Assembly: GCF_018977255.1 (NCBI RefSeq)
Contig: NW_024704742.1
Span: 117,120,001 to 117,184,000, forward strand
DNA: 64,000 bases
Direction: 5' to 3'
From: Callorhinchus milii
Lineage: Eukaryota
In this document: positions 1 to 13,449 of the stretch, in pieces
Layout of the letters: the number at the start of each line of letters is the position of its first letter
Numbering within the stretch: position 1 is the stretch's first letter
Notes under the pieces: generated by a model
The model's database searches: none
Told to the model about the DNA's origin: nothing
Seen by the model: the letters and a program-made list of their open reading frames with translations, nothing else
Made by a program: the position numbers and the translations under genes

Positions 1-283
1 GGAAGGAGAGGACAATGTGGAGGGATTGAGGGAGAGAGTTCCAGAGTTTCGGGATGTAGTAACTGAAAGCATGACTGCTGATGGTGGAGCAGAGGGGGTG
101 AGGGACAAGCAGGAGGACTGAGCCAGCCAGGTGGAGGTGACGGGAAGTAGAGTGGGGAGTAAGCATGTCGGAGAGGTAGGGAAGTACCAGAAGATGAAGG
201 ATTTGTAGATGAGGTTGAGAATCTTGAAGTCTGTTCTGTTCTGTGATGGGGAGCCACTGGAGTCTGGCGAAGGACTGGTGTCA
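1..283 (-). mobile_element. Degraded L2 LINE 3' ORF2 fragment
   Basis: Aligns by eye to the better L2 copies (gagttccagag, gaatcttgaa, gatggggagccactggag = LHWLP region on the minus strand). Confidence 0.7.
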
Positions 284-1677
284 TGTTTTAGAACGGATGA
301 GTATGCCGGCGGCACACACCCAACACACACTCTAACAACCCCCTGATCACACTTATACACAAAGCTGTACACACACAAACATAATCAGCTGACGACTGTA
401 GCTCCCAAGGAATGGAGACCAGGACATTTCCAGGGATTACATTAAATACTACGAACATTTTGCATTTGGAGCTCTAGATTTCTTGCCATTCTTATCATCA
501 TTTTAATTCACAAGCATCTCCATTATTAGTTTAATTAGGCTTTCGTTTTCACAGATTCCGACTTCCCCTTAGGGCTCTATTCAATTCCATCCTCCCCAAT
601 GCTTCTTGCTCCTTGAATGTTCATTTTGCTACCATACTGACTGGTCTGTTCCATTTCCCACCAACAGGGAAAATTAGTGCACAGAATTAACCTTTTGTCT
701 AATTCTGCTGCAGCGCAATTTTGCTTTTGTCATGCTGTTCATGACAGCAAATTTATTAATTTATGAAATAAGCAAAATCTAGATCCTGACACAATTAAAG
801 CAATAGTTTTATAGATCGGTTTTGAAACCAGAGAGCGAGGGAGCAAGGTAGAGGGATTTGGAAAGAGAGTTTCAACAACAACATCAAGAACTTGCATTTA
901 TATAGCGCCACTCACACAGGGTCGCGTCCCAGAGTGCTTTCAGAGTTTCAGAGAGCAGGGGCAATGTAGATGATAGCTTTCCCACCTGTGGTTGGGCAGA
1001 GGGAATGGGTGACATAGAGCAGGCCTGAGTTGGCAGAATGGAGAGAGTGGGAAGGGTCAGGATCACAGGACAATGTCACTGGTATCACATGGGTGGGAAA
1101 AGTGACAATTTCATTCGTGTCACATGTGTGTGAATAACATGATGTTTTCACCTGTGTCTCACATGTGGATAACATAACAGTTTCATTGGCGTTACACACA
1201 TATGAATAACGAAATAACATAACTGGTGTTGTGTATGTGTGGAACCCCATCCCCTTGAATTTGTAAAAAATAGAAAGCAAGGACTGCACAAAGAGCAGTA
1301 CTCACATACGAACACCTCCACTTGAATATGATGCATTATACAGCAGAAAGCTTAGCGGGAACCTGCTGTAAGAGTTGTGGTTGGTTCTTTACCTGAGATA
1401 CCAGTGGGGTGGGACGATTAATTGAACTGTAGAATGACCAAGACACTGCAGGCAATGTAACAGATTGTCATTGTGTCACACCATGGCTGACGTGTGGGCT
1501 CGGACCGTGACTTCATTGGCATCAAAGCAGGAAATTGTACAGAGCATGAAGAGAAACAATGCCCCAGAGGGCAAAGACATGAGTGAAAACACAAATAAAT
1601 AGTACAGAATCCTGTTCTATACATCGGGTCAGCACAACCAAGGAGGTGCTTAGAATTAGCCTTGCAAATCATAAGAA

Positions 1678-2135
1678 GCAGATCATCCAGAACTCTGCAG
1701 CCCGTGTCCTCTCCCGCACCAGGCTCCATGATCCTATCACCCCCATCCTCCCCCAACTCCACTGGCTTCCCATCACACAGAGGATACAGTTCAAGATCCT
1801 GGTCTTCACATTCAAAGCCCTCCATGGTCTTGCTCCCCCATACTTCTGCAGCCTCCTAACCCCCTACCATCTTGCTCGCTCCCTCTGCTCAGCGGGCTCA
1901 GGCCTGCTTCACGTCCCCCACCTTGCTCACCCCACTATTGGCAGGCGGGCCTTCTGTCACTCTGCCCCCACCCTCTGGAACTCCATCCCACAGGCCCACC
2001 ATCTCACCCCCTCCTTCATCTCCTTCAAGACCCATCTCAAGACCCTCCTCTTCGACTGTGCTTTCGATCACTCTGCTTCCCCCCTTGACCTCCACTCTCC
2101 CTGATCCCGACCCCCAGTTCGGGTCTAAGACTCTG
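1678..2135 (+). mobile_element. 5'-truncated L2 LINE (ORF2 C-terminus plus part of the 3' UTR)
   Basis: ORF 1583..2104 encodes IQNSAARVL..HDPITPIL..LHWLPI..RIQFKIL..RAFCHSAPTLWNSIP..FKTHLKT, typical of the L2-clade ORF2 end. Confidence 0.9.
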
Positions 2136-4970
2136 AGACTAAAGTGTTAAAAGACTATAAAGTCCGGTTCAAAACAATTCTTCACACAGTTGTTTCTAAG
2201 ATGACTTTATAGTTTTGTGCAATTATCTTAAATTAATGGAAATTTATGATATGCTTCCTATAAAGGGGCACTAATAATAGGGGTGACAGCACAGATGAAC
2301 CATGATGAACCAAATGGCCTTCTTTTGTGTTATAATCTCACATCTTCTAATTTCCCAGCTGATTCCAATACCAGATGAACATAAATGATTTGCAGGCAAG
2401 AAGGTGATTTTAGTTTTCAGCTGATTTCACAGGATGATATGTAACAATAACACTGTGTCACATTGTTTGCTGTGATTTGATCTACATTTGGTGCAGTACA
2501 ACTTTCTGTTAAATCAGCATTGCACTTGTGTCATTGCCATGGGTCATGCAGGGAGCAAGTCTCAGCAAGATGTGCCTTTCAGTTGGGGTCATACCAGTGC
2601 AGGAGGAAAGAGATGTGAGCAGAACAAGACCTGTGCAGTTATTCCAAATCCAACCCATTCTCTATAAACTGTGCCTAGAAATCAATATAACGCAGCATTC
2701 CACCAGGTAGGTTTAGTAGAAATTGTGGAAAAATTCAAATTAATTTGGAAGCTGGTTCTTTTTAAGAATTTGAGGAACATAGGAACAGGTGCAGTCCATT
2801 CAGCCCCTTGAGTTTGTTCCACCATTCTATTAGAAGATCATGGCTGATCTGCACCTCAACTCCAAATACCCATATCCCATATCCCTGGATACCCTTACCT
2901 AACAAAAGGCAACTACAGCCTCAAATTTTAAAACAACATCATCTTATACACTAAGACTCGGGCCTGCAATATGTAAAAAGATGAGTCTCTGTAAGACTTA
3001 ACTGCTCTTTAAGAATTAGACACAACATGGGTGTATTTACTGAATGGTTATCCTTCAGGTGTACAGTATATTGCAGCAGGATACACAGATCTACATCTGA
3101 ATAGAGGTTCTGCCAAATATAATAAATGGAGGCAATTAACATGCGGGGAATACATGAACTTTGCGCCTCAATATACCGTAGTCATGTGATTCCATGATAC
3201 TGCAATAGTACTGATTTGTAGATCCACCATGTAGGAGAATAAGCTCATTTCTGCGACTTGATTTTATCCATGAAATATGGCGTATGGTAAATCATAAGAC
3301 TTTTCTGCAAATTGAATCATAAAACATTATAATGCAAAAATGTTTCTTTTCACAGTATCTGGTTTCTCAGCATTTTCTAGTGCATTGTAAACATGCCAGA
3401 GAAAGATGGAGAAAATAATAATTGTTCAATTATTGAAGATTTGTAAATATAAAATATTGCCAGAAAAAGCAGATGGCAAGAGGTCGATCTTCAAAACAAA
3501 ATAACTAACCTTCAAAACCAAGTAACAAAAATTCTGAGCTTAAGATTAATTTGCCTACAAAATCTGCAGTCACTAAGCTTTTCAGTAAATCCTGTGAAGT
3601 TGCTTTATCAAATGTAAGGCTTCTCATTAATGTAAAAATCAAATCTTTAATAATTAGCAATATACAATCAAATTATAAATATTTAAACCATGTAAAAAAT
3701 GGTAAAATCGGACTATCCATGAGCCAGAGGTTCAACAAGCACAGATTTAGAGCAAAGCACTCGGAGACATTACCCCGTGTGAGGGAAGCAAATGCAAGAT
3801 TTTGTTGGCCCACTTGTCAGGTCAGCCTCCAGCACACCAGGGAACAGTGGCTGTGTTAATTCTTATAAGGTAGCTAAATTGGTTACCAGTATTAATCAGC
3901 AAATAGGTGTCAATCAATACCATTGCAACATTTAACCAGTTTTTTTCTGCCAGGCCTGGAGGAGAGAAAAAAAGTCAAATCCTCAATAGAAACTACCATT
4001 TGGTCACGTGGAAAAAAAAACATTGTAGTGGAAAATGTGAAAAGGCACATGCAGATTTGGCTTCACAAGAATTTGGAGGTAAAACTTCTGTTCAACATGA
4101 GCATCACCTTTAGTGATGTGTCTTTTAATGGGACTTACTGAGATCGACCAAAGAACTTTTACCCATTTGACGCACGATGCTAGGCAAGCCGCCAAAGTTG
4201 GGATTTTATTTAATGAAGAAATTCTATTGCATTCTCAAAGGGTTAAAAAACCTTCAAAATGAAAATCTATAGGAATTGTTAAAAATGAGTTCGCTAATTA
4301 GAGATAAAATGGCTCATTCCTCTAGTTCTCCCCTCCAGCCTCGTGAAGATAAGAACAAGATGACAGGATTTAGTGGTATTATTTAGGCTTTAACTGGTCA
4401 CTTTTATCTAAAGCTTTTCAATTAGGGCTTTTCTTCTAATACTAGCGGGGATTTACAGAATTAAAACAGCGATGCACTAGGCTATGGAAGGATGTGTTTG
4501 GCAGCTTCTGATACCCCTGTGTTATCTGAAAGATCACACAGCTCTTTTCACCTCCATACAGGGCTGTGTAATTCACACTGCACCACCGCTGTGACCTGGC
4601 AGAGCAATTGAAGCGACAAAAGACTGCACCACGAACCTTTCAATTCTGTTTGAAGTCTATAATTGGTTTTCGTTGGCCTATGTGGGGTGCATTAAAATCA
4701 AATCAAACCTTGTTTACATTCTCTTGTTCTAAATGAATTTTTTTTCAACACCTTCAATGCATTTCAAAGAATTTCTGAACAAGTTTTCTTTTGTTTTGGT
4801 AGATTGTGCAAATTAAAGTCCAAACAATTGGAGTGCAATAAGTAATAAAGTAAATTATTTCTTCTAGGGTCAACAATATTGAATGGGGAGGCCTTTGGTA
4901 CATTAGATCAGTCATGTAATTCTAATGTACTGACCTCTCTCCATTTGTTCCACATTGTATAGAGTCAGAA

Positions 4971-6481
4971 TTAAAACCATAGAAATTTACAGCACAGAAG
5001 AATAACAAAATTACATTTGTACAGTGCCTTTCATGTCAGAAGGACATCTCAAGTGCTGGACAGTCAGTGTTTTAGACCCGAGCTGGGGGTTGGGATTGGG
5101 GAGGGTGGAGGTCATGGGGGAATGAGGGTGATCGAAAGCATGGTCGAAGAGGAGGGTCTTGAGATGGATCTTGAAGGAGGCAAGGGAGATGGTGAGGCAG
5201 AGGGACTGTGGAATGGAGTTTCAGAGGGCGGGAGCAGAGTGGCTGAAGGGGCAGGTGAGTTGGGGGACATGAAGCAGGCCGGAGCCCACTGAGCGAAGGG
5301 AGCAGGCAGCTTGGTAGGCGGTTAGGAGGTCGCAGAGTAGGGGGGAGCAAGACCATTGAGGACTTTGAAAGTGAGGACCAGGATCCTGAACTGTATTCTC
5401 CATTGATTGGAAGCCAGCGAGCTACAGGACTCCTACCCTGTTATCTAAAGTATATATATATAGCCTAATTTCTTTAAAACCATAGAAATTTACAGCACAG
5501 AAGAATAACAAAATTACATTTGTACAGTGCCTTTCATGTCAGAAGGACATCTCAAGTGCTGGACAGTCAGTGTTTTAGACCCGAGCTGGGGGTTGGGATT
5601 GGGGAGGGTGGAGGTCATGGGGGAATGAGGGTGATCGAAAGCATGGTCGAAGAGGAGGGTCTTGAGATGGATCTTGAAGGAGGCAAGGGAGATGGTGAGG
5701 CAGAGGGACTGTGGAATGGAGTTTCAGAGGGCGGGAGCAGAGTGGCTGAAGGGGCAGGTGAGTTGGGGACATGAAGCAGGCCGGAGCCCACTGAGCGAAG
5801 GGAGCAGGCAGCTTGGTAGGCGGTTAGGAGGTCGCAGAGTAGGGGGGAGCAAGACCATTGAGGACTTTGAAAGTGAGGACCAGGATCCTGAACTGTATTC
5901 TCCATTGATTGGAAGCCAGCGAGCTACAGGACTCCTACCCTGTTATCTAAAGTATATATATATAGCCTAATTTCTTTAAAACCATAGAAATTTACAGCAC
6001 AGAAGAATAACAAAATTACATTTGTACAGTGCCTTTCATGTCAGAAGGACATCTCAAGTGCTGGACAGTCAGTGTTTTAGACCCGAGCTGGGGTTGGGAT
6101 TGGGGAGGGTGGAGGTCATGGGGGAATGAGGGTGATCGAAAGCATGGTCGAAGAGGAGGGTCTTGAGATGGATCTTGAAGGAGGCAAGGGAGATGGTGAG
6201 GCAGAGGGACTGTGGAATGGAGTTTCAGAGGGCGGGAGCAGAGTGGCTGAAGGGGCAGGTGAGTTGGGGGACATGAAGCAGGCCGGAGCCCACTGAGCGA
6301 AGGGAGCAGGCAGCTTGGTAGGCGGTTAGGAGGTCGCAGAGTAGGGGGGAGCAAGACCATTGAGGACTTTGAAAGTGAGGACCAGGATCCTGAACTGTAT
6401 TCTCCATTGATTGGAAGCCAGCGAGCTACAGGACTCCTACCCTGTTATCTAAAGTATATATATATAGCCTAATTTCTTTAA
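4971..6481. repeat. Tandem triplication, units of 503/502/502 bp; each unit = CR1 tail stub + minus-strand L2 3' fragment + SINE-head stub + (TA)n
   Basis: Units start at 4971, 5474 and 5976 (ttaaaaccatagaaatttacagc) and the array ends in ttaa at 6478-6481. The ORF track shows triplicated peptides. Confidence 0.97.
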
Positions 6482-8619
6482 GACTTATTAGACATTGTAA
6501 TGTTATCATGACTTTTTGGTCGCTTTGTAGAATAATAATCCTTGCATTTAATATAGCGCCTATCATTTCGAGAGGGGTCTCAAAGCACGTCACAAGATAT
6601 ACTATAAAGTGTATTTGTTGTGAATTATCGATTAGCTGAAGAACTGGAGAGTAATCCTAAGGCGAGTTATATCAAAATGGGGAGTAAGGGGGAATTATTG
6701 AGAGGATCCATTGCTAGGGTTCCCTCCTTTACTGAGTATACATAAGGGAAGTAAAATAATTTAAACTAGTTCCTGATCTCACTACAGAATTATAATGCGT
6801 TGCATTAGTCATCAAGTCAGCAGCCTTGTCAGTATCTAAATGCCCTGCGCCTCTTCATTTGTTCTCTATATAGTATTGAGTTCTTGATCCATCACAGAAT
6901 TTGCAATGCTTTGATTTTTCCCTCTACATCGTATTGTACTCCTGATCTACCCCAAAAAGTCCCCAATTATTTGTTATGTAATTCAGCCAATTAAATCTAG
7001 CCAAGGCACACGATTTCACCTACAGTCAATGGCACATTTCAAATTTCTAATTACTTTGGTGTAAAGTATGGATTTTTCTTAAGTGTTTTCTATTTTTGTT
7101 GAGGATGATTGCTGAATGAATAATTTAATTGACTTTGGCACTAAATTTGCAGATTGCTTATTTTATTTGGTGTTTGCAAAAATACTGATGCAGCTTATTG
7201 CTGTTTGGTGGCGGAGATTTGCACACTCAACATTCATGTATAGTAAGTTTTGACACTTGTGCAAAAGGCATAATTAATAGAATTTAAAAAATGTGGACAG
7301 TCAATAATTTTCATGAAACGTCACTTTACCTCTTGCTTTCCCAACATAATGCGAGTTCCTTAGAAACAGATCAATAGTACTTGACTTGTCTTGATTTCTC
7401 TCACAGATAGCTAACACAGGGGACTGTATAATGAACTCTCCCAAGTTAGTATTGTCTGAGAGAGAACAGTAATTAAGGAGATGCGGACAAATGCTACTTT
7501 TTTTTAATTTTGTGTAATTTTAGCAAAAAGAAGTCAACATAACCAAATACGAAAGTGGTGCATTTAAACCACCAAGATGCTCTGGAACTAGAGAACCAAT
7601 GTATAACAGTTGAAGCCAGCACAATGTCCGAAAAAAAAGTGTATCATCCACTGTAACCAATTAATCTGCAACCAATGTACCGCCAATTTACCCCTCATAC
7701 CATTAAGTTGATTTATGTGTGTGGGCTGGATGAAACTAGTCACATGCCTTGAATGATATTCCACTGAAATTCTAACCATGTGACGTTGTTATTATCATAC
7801 ATTCTTAACCAATGTTGGTGATGCTACAATTTCAGGAGACTGATAAGCCTTAGTACATGGATTAGTACAGTATAACTTTACTACAAGGAATAAACTGGTC
7901 ATTGTATAATATGCTTCAGTTGCACTGGACGTAACAGCAGCAAGAATTGGACCCAATGAAATGATAAATAGTACAATGCCACTGAGAGAGCAATCATTTA
8001 AAAAGCCACAGCCCTAAGTGTTTAATGCAGTTTCACAGTGAGCAGCTACTTACTCACTGTATAATATTCTTATGGAGCGAGGAAGAAAGAAACCTGTCAC
8101 AGAAGGTAACTAGCCTGTTTCATTCAAACACCATCCATGTGGAAGTTGGTCCCTGCTTGTCAAAGGTTATATAACTGGGGTCTCATCCCAATGACACACA
8201 AAGCAGGAGCCTGACAATATAAAGACCAGCTTTCTTTTCGAAATCTCTAAAAAATATTTTTCTCTAAAAAGGTCTTGGGACTTCCTCCTGACGTGAAAGG
8301 CGCTCTATATTGTTGTTGTTTAGAGATTTTGAAAATAACAAGAATAAGAATTCTGAATATTTTGTGGTTCTTTTTAATATTTTAAACTATGCTAATATAT
8401 TTTCATTTTGGTTTACTTTGTGGTCTTGCACATTGATGCTTAATTTATGACCTTGCCAAAAGGGAGTGGCTAGAGCTCATTGTGATTTCTGAAAGGCGTC
8501 ATATTCAAACAATAGACTGGAAAGTGAAACACCATCTTCTTACAGCCGTCTGTTTCACTCTCCAGCTTTTTGTTTACATACTTTGATGGGCGTTCAGAAA
8601 TCACCGTGTTGTATCATCA

Positions 8620-9010
8620 ATAATTTGCATTTAAATAGAGCTCTTCATTTAGGATACCATCTCAAAAAGCTTCACAGTGATGGGGTTGGATGCTGAGCAA
8701 GAAGGAAGGGGAAGTTGACAATAGGGCCAGTCAAAGAGATAGGTTTTAAGATGGGCTATAGAAATAGATAGAGAGGGGATGAGGCAAAAGGATAGCGCCA
8801 GGGAGTTCCAGAGTTTGGGGGCATATTGACTGAAACTTGAACACTAATTGTGACACAGAGGGGATGGGGGACATGTAGCAGGCCTGCGTTATCTGAGCAG
8901 AGGGTGTGGGCTAAGGATTGGGGTACAGAGAGGTTAGATAGATAGGGAGGTCCTAGAGAGTGAAGGGATTTATATGTAAGGGTGAGACCCTTCATATCAA
9001 TCCTTTCAGA
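8620..9010 (-). mobile_element. Old L2 LINE 3' fragment
   Basis: ORF 8756..8995 has LTLTYKSLHSLGPPYLSNL..GLLHVP; an L2-like tail lies at the left end. Confidence 0.75.
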
Positions 9011-9283
9011 GACAGTATCTATTTCTCAGGCTCATGAAGATGCAGAAATTAGTACTTTCACCATTTTTGTAAATGCAGAAAATTAGCCTCATTATCATGA
9101 CCTGCAACCATTTTCTTTTTCACTATTTAAAGGGTAAGGGGAAGAGTAGTGAATGGGGATGAGAGTAGAAGGCTCCAGTAGTAGAAACTTTCACTGTTGT
9201 AAAACATCCTACGACTTGGTATATTGACTTCAGTATTTATTGTTGAATACAATAAATACTGAAGTCAATATATCAAGTCATAG

Positions 9284-9471
9284 AGGGCAGCCCCGATCCG
9301 GAGGTACCCTGCGGTGACAAAAACCTATGTGCAGGAAGGAATGTACCGTAAACAACGGAATGTTTTTTGTATTGAGAGAAAAGGAAAAAATTTTAACAGA
9401 CGATGTTGTGTTTATTTTGGATTTCTTTTGTACCAAATATATTTATAAATAAATATATATTTTTTAAAAAA
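9284..9471 (+). mobile_element. Short A-tailed retroposed insert, possibly an L1/Tx1-like 3' UTR
   Basis: T-rich 3' end, AATAAA at 9448-9453 and a short A tail. Flanked by a 14/15 direct repeat (9237-9251, 9472-9486). Family assignment is inference. Confidence 0.5.
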
Positions 9472-11800
9472 TTACTGTTGAATACAGGGAACCTATTGTC
9501 GCGCTATAAGCTTCTGTGTTAGCAGGATGATTAATGACATGCTACAGGGAGGTGATAAATTCCTTTGAAGTTCATAATGTGAAAGAATACACAGACTAGC
9601 ATTACTTTAAACCATCACCCAACAGATGCTGTTGAAAAGTGACAGCAACAATGGTTACAGAATGCATATAGTGGGGTCTAATATGTAGTGGTTTCTAACA
9701 GGATTCCTTCACGAGAAACCTGCACGTGCATCACACCAATTCACTCTGACAATGATGGGGATGCTCTGGGACACTACCCTGTGGAGGGGAGCTGTATAAA
9801 TGCAAGTTGTTGTTATTAGAGAAGGACTTTGCTCTGACATTTTTGGAGTAACACTTATGATGTATTTCTAGGTAATTGCAGTAGAGCAAAGAAACTATTT
9901 CAATTCCTTATTAAGTAATTATTAGATTAATTATTAGATTAATAGATCCAATATCAGATATATTAGATATATATTAGATTCCTATTAAAAAAAATTGGAT
10001 TGGTTGCAGAATATTATAGGCAGTAATTCAATCTCACAATTCAGAAGACAACCAAACCACATGTTTTGCTCTCATTGTTATTTGGATCCGCTTAACCCAT
10101 CATTGGGTTAGTTTTATAACCCATTTATATCCATCCAATACCCTCTATCAAGCAATAACTGAATTTGCTAACCTTCATTGTGCAGGTATAATTCTGAATC
10201 ATAGTAATAATAATAAAATAATAATAATCCTTGCATTTATTACATCTTCTGGACATCTCATAGAGCTTCACAGAATATACTGTAAAGTAAATTGACTGTA
10301 TATTTTGTGGGCTAAATGGAGCAGCAAATTGTGCACAGCAGGGTTCCACAAACAATCGTGGATTCAGTGACCAAATTATTACTATTTGTTGATTTTTCTT
10401 TCCTTTTGCTCAAAACTTGAATAAAACTTTTAGCTGAAGAGTGACCACTGGGGAATGAAGAAAGATCTAAGATATGGGACCACGGGAGAAAGCAGAGAGA
10501 TAAAAGGATGGGAGGGAGTCATCAGGGAATGGAGGCAGATGGAAAAATGTGAAGAAGAACTGCTGGAGAGAACAAACAGATGTTGAGATGTCTGTAAGAC
10601 AGGCCAGGGACAGAGCTATAAGATGCTACTGAGACCAAATTTGATACCATTTACTCAGGGTATCAGAGCAGAGCGTGAAAAGAGACGTAACTGCCCTGAT
10701 GATCAAATAATATTCATGTTAAGATTGGCAAGATTTCACATTTATCAATTTGTAGAATCTCAATTTCCCCACAAATGAAGTTCCTTTTAGTCCTAAAACA
10801 CTGGGACCACTTCAACGGTACAATACAACTTACATTTATATGGCACCTTTCACATGGGGGGGTATCTAAAAGTGCTCGAAAGATACCCCATCCCAAGAAA
10901 ATACAGGGTGAAAAATGTATCACATTCCTTAATTAAGGAAAGGGACAGAAAATATGGTTAAAGTTGCCATTCTTGACAACCAGTTTGGGCCTGAACACCA
11001 CATCCTTGATTTCTGGGAATAGTTTCTCAACCTGGTTTTTCACATTTTAAATTGTTTTAAAGATTCTTACATTTGATATAGTGCCTTTCGTGTGAAGAGG
11101 ACATCTAAAAGTGCTTCATCGGATTTATTGTAAAGTGTAATGACTGTATTTCATAGGCAAATGTCTGAGAGAAATCTTTGCCCAGAAGATGGAATGGGGA
11201 TGCTCAGCCCCAAACCTGTTGATAAGAACATGTTTAACCATGTTTTCGATCCAGTTGATAGACCTATGCCTCTCATACCTTTGAATAATTGGATCGCATT
11301 CCCTTTAAATACATTATAATTAAAACAAGTCGAAAGCTGTGAGCCACTCCTCATAATATAGAGTACACCCTGAAATTGTCCAGCACGTTATCTTCCAAAT
11401 TCTTTCCAATACATCTTTAATTAAGGAAAGGGAATAATTATGGAATGGAATGTGTTTAGGGATACCACAAGTTTTCTCACCATAGAATCAAAGGAACTAC
11501 AGCACAGAAGGAAGCCATTTGGTATATTGAGCCAACCACTGTAATTCCAATTCCCTGCTCTTTCCCTGTACGCTTTTATATTGTTCCTCTTCAAATGTTC
11601 ATTCAGATTATATATTAGCAGCTTCTATTTTTCATTCTAAACTCTACAACCATGTAACCCAACTGCATATTCACTCAGCTCTTTGTGAAAGAGATTGATA
11701 GCGCACAGCAACATCTGCCTTTTGCTGGACATTCATTCCACAGAGGCACTGCTTTGTGTATATGTATGGTAGAAGTGGGAATGGAGAAGAGAATAAAATT

Positions 11801-12500
11801 AGGAACATAGGAATTTCTTGACGAAAAAAGATCAAAGTCCATCTAGTCTGCCTTCTAGTTGCATGTTAGAATAATGGAAATATTTATACAATTAATTCTG
11901 TATGGATTACTCTACCAATACTGTGGAAGCTTTCCACGTTGTTCCAAGTTCTTCTAACTCTCTCACTTGAGACTTATTAATTATTACTTACAGTGTCCTT
12001 CATTTCTGCGCTCACATTCCAAGTTAAGCAACCAGCTCACCGCTACATAATCTACGCCTCTCATACCTTTGAATAATTGGATCGAGTCCCCTTAAAAAAA
12101 ATTATAATTAAAACAAGTCAAGACCTGTGAGTCACATATGATAATTCAGAATACACCGTGAAATTATCCTGCACATTATGTTCTAAACTCTCTCCAATAC
12201 ATCGTAAATCTTTTGGCCCATACAATTCAAGGTATTTTAAATGTGGACTTACTAAAGATAAAATACAAGGTTAAAATAACCTACTTTTACTCATCGTGAA
12301 TGCACTTGAGATTCATGTAAATAGTCAATTTATATTGGCTACAGGCTAAGTGATGGGCCAACCATCACGGCCAAATGTCTTTCCATCTTTGGATATCCAT
12401 TCATCACGTTTGCCATTTACTGTTCCAATGTGCATTACCTTCCATTTCATCCATACACCACACCAGCATTAATCTGTCATTCCCTAGTCCATCTGCTTAA
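11801..12500 (-). mobile_element. Highly decayed CR1-like LINE 3' region
   Basis: Begins with an aggaacataggaa tail-like motif followed by gtccatctagt; layout resembles the younger CR1 3' ends in the window. No intact ORF. Confidence 0.4.
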
Positions 12501-13449
12501 TTGGTCAAAGAAGTAAACAAGCAATTCAATAATATATATGTATATATTCCCAACCCTTTCAGTTGCTGGCAAACAAGAGTTTCCTCATTGATTTTTTTAT
12601 TCTATATTTTAAAGTCATAGCAAGTTGATTTAATGTTCTTTTGTACTGAATGCTGTTGAATCTGGGATACTGCAGTGAGTGGATGTTTTGCCTCTTTGCC
12701 AAAGCACGATATGAGTCTGCCTGCAGCAAACAGTGAACTTGTTCTTGTCAAACAACCAACTTGTGACTATCCTCTTTGGGGGGAGGTAACTGGGATCTCC
12801 TTGGAACTGAACTGGCTCAAAGGTGATATGCCTGGCAACTCAATGTCGGAATCGAGCCAGCAGTGGTGGTATTCAAGGGCACTAATGATGACAGCACAGC
12901 CTGGCTCATCGGCAGGACTTGAAAAGGCAGACAAGTCACTGGGGATAGGGAATCCTCCGACTCAGCTCCTGTTAACCTTGTAAGCAAAGCCCTAATGGGT
13001 AGGGTGGTCCTAGCTAGACAAGCAGCGAGAAAGCTTGCAAGACAGCGATATCAACGGCAAGTTATGGGCTTTAGCTGGTTAGACTCCAGCAGTACCCCAA
13101 CCCACACTCTGGCATCCCCAAACTTTGGCTGTTGCCAACCAACTCCTAATACTTTCCAGAATTAGGTAAGCAGGACGCGTTCCTCCAGAGATCGTGCATC
13201 CCATTACAACAATCTATCTCTGAAATTTCTATGTGTCGGTGGGATGCATGGAATTCTCAGGCTGATTTGGATACTCTTAAGCATGGTGACGCCTATTAGA
13301 CACCCGGCTGATCCCCCCAAAAATGGACTTGTTCTTATTCAGTACTCGGAATTATTCTTTCACTCTCTTGCAATTTTGGTCAGGTGCCTATTGTAAGCAA
13401 ACACGTATGCTGAGTATTTACAAGACATCCTGTAAAAATATGTTTAATA

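Noticed and set aside
4971..6481. CRISPR-like array or piggyBac element (TTAA ends)
   Set aside because: The units have no unique spacers, TIRs or transposase; TTAA is better explained as junction microhomology.
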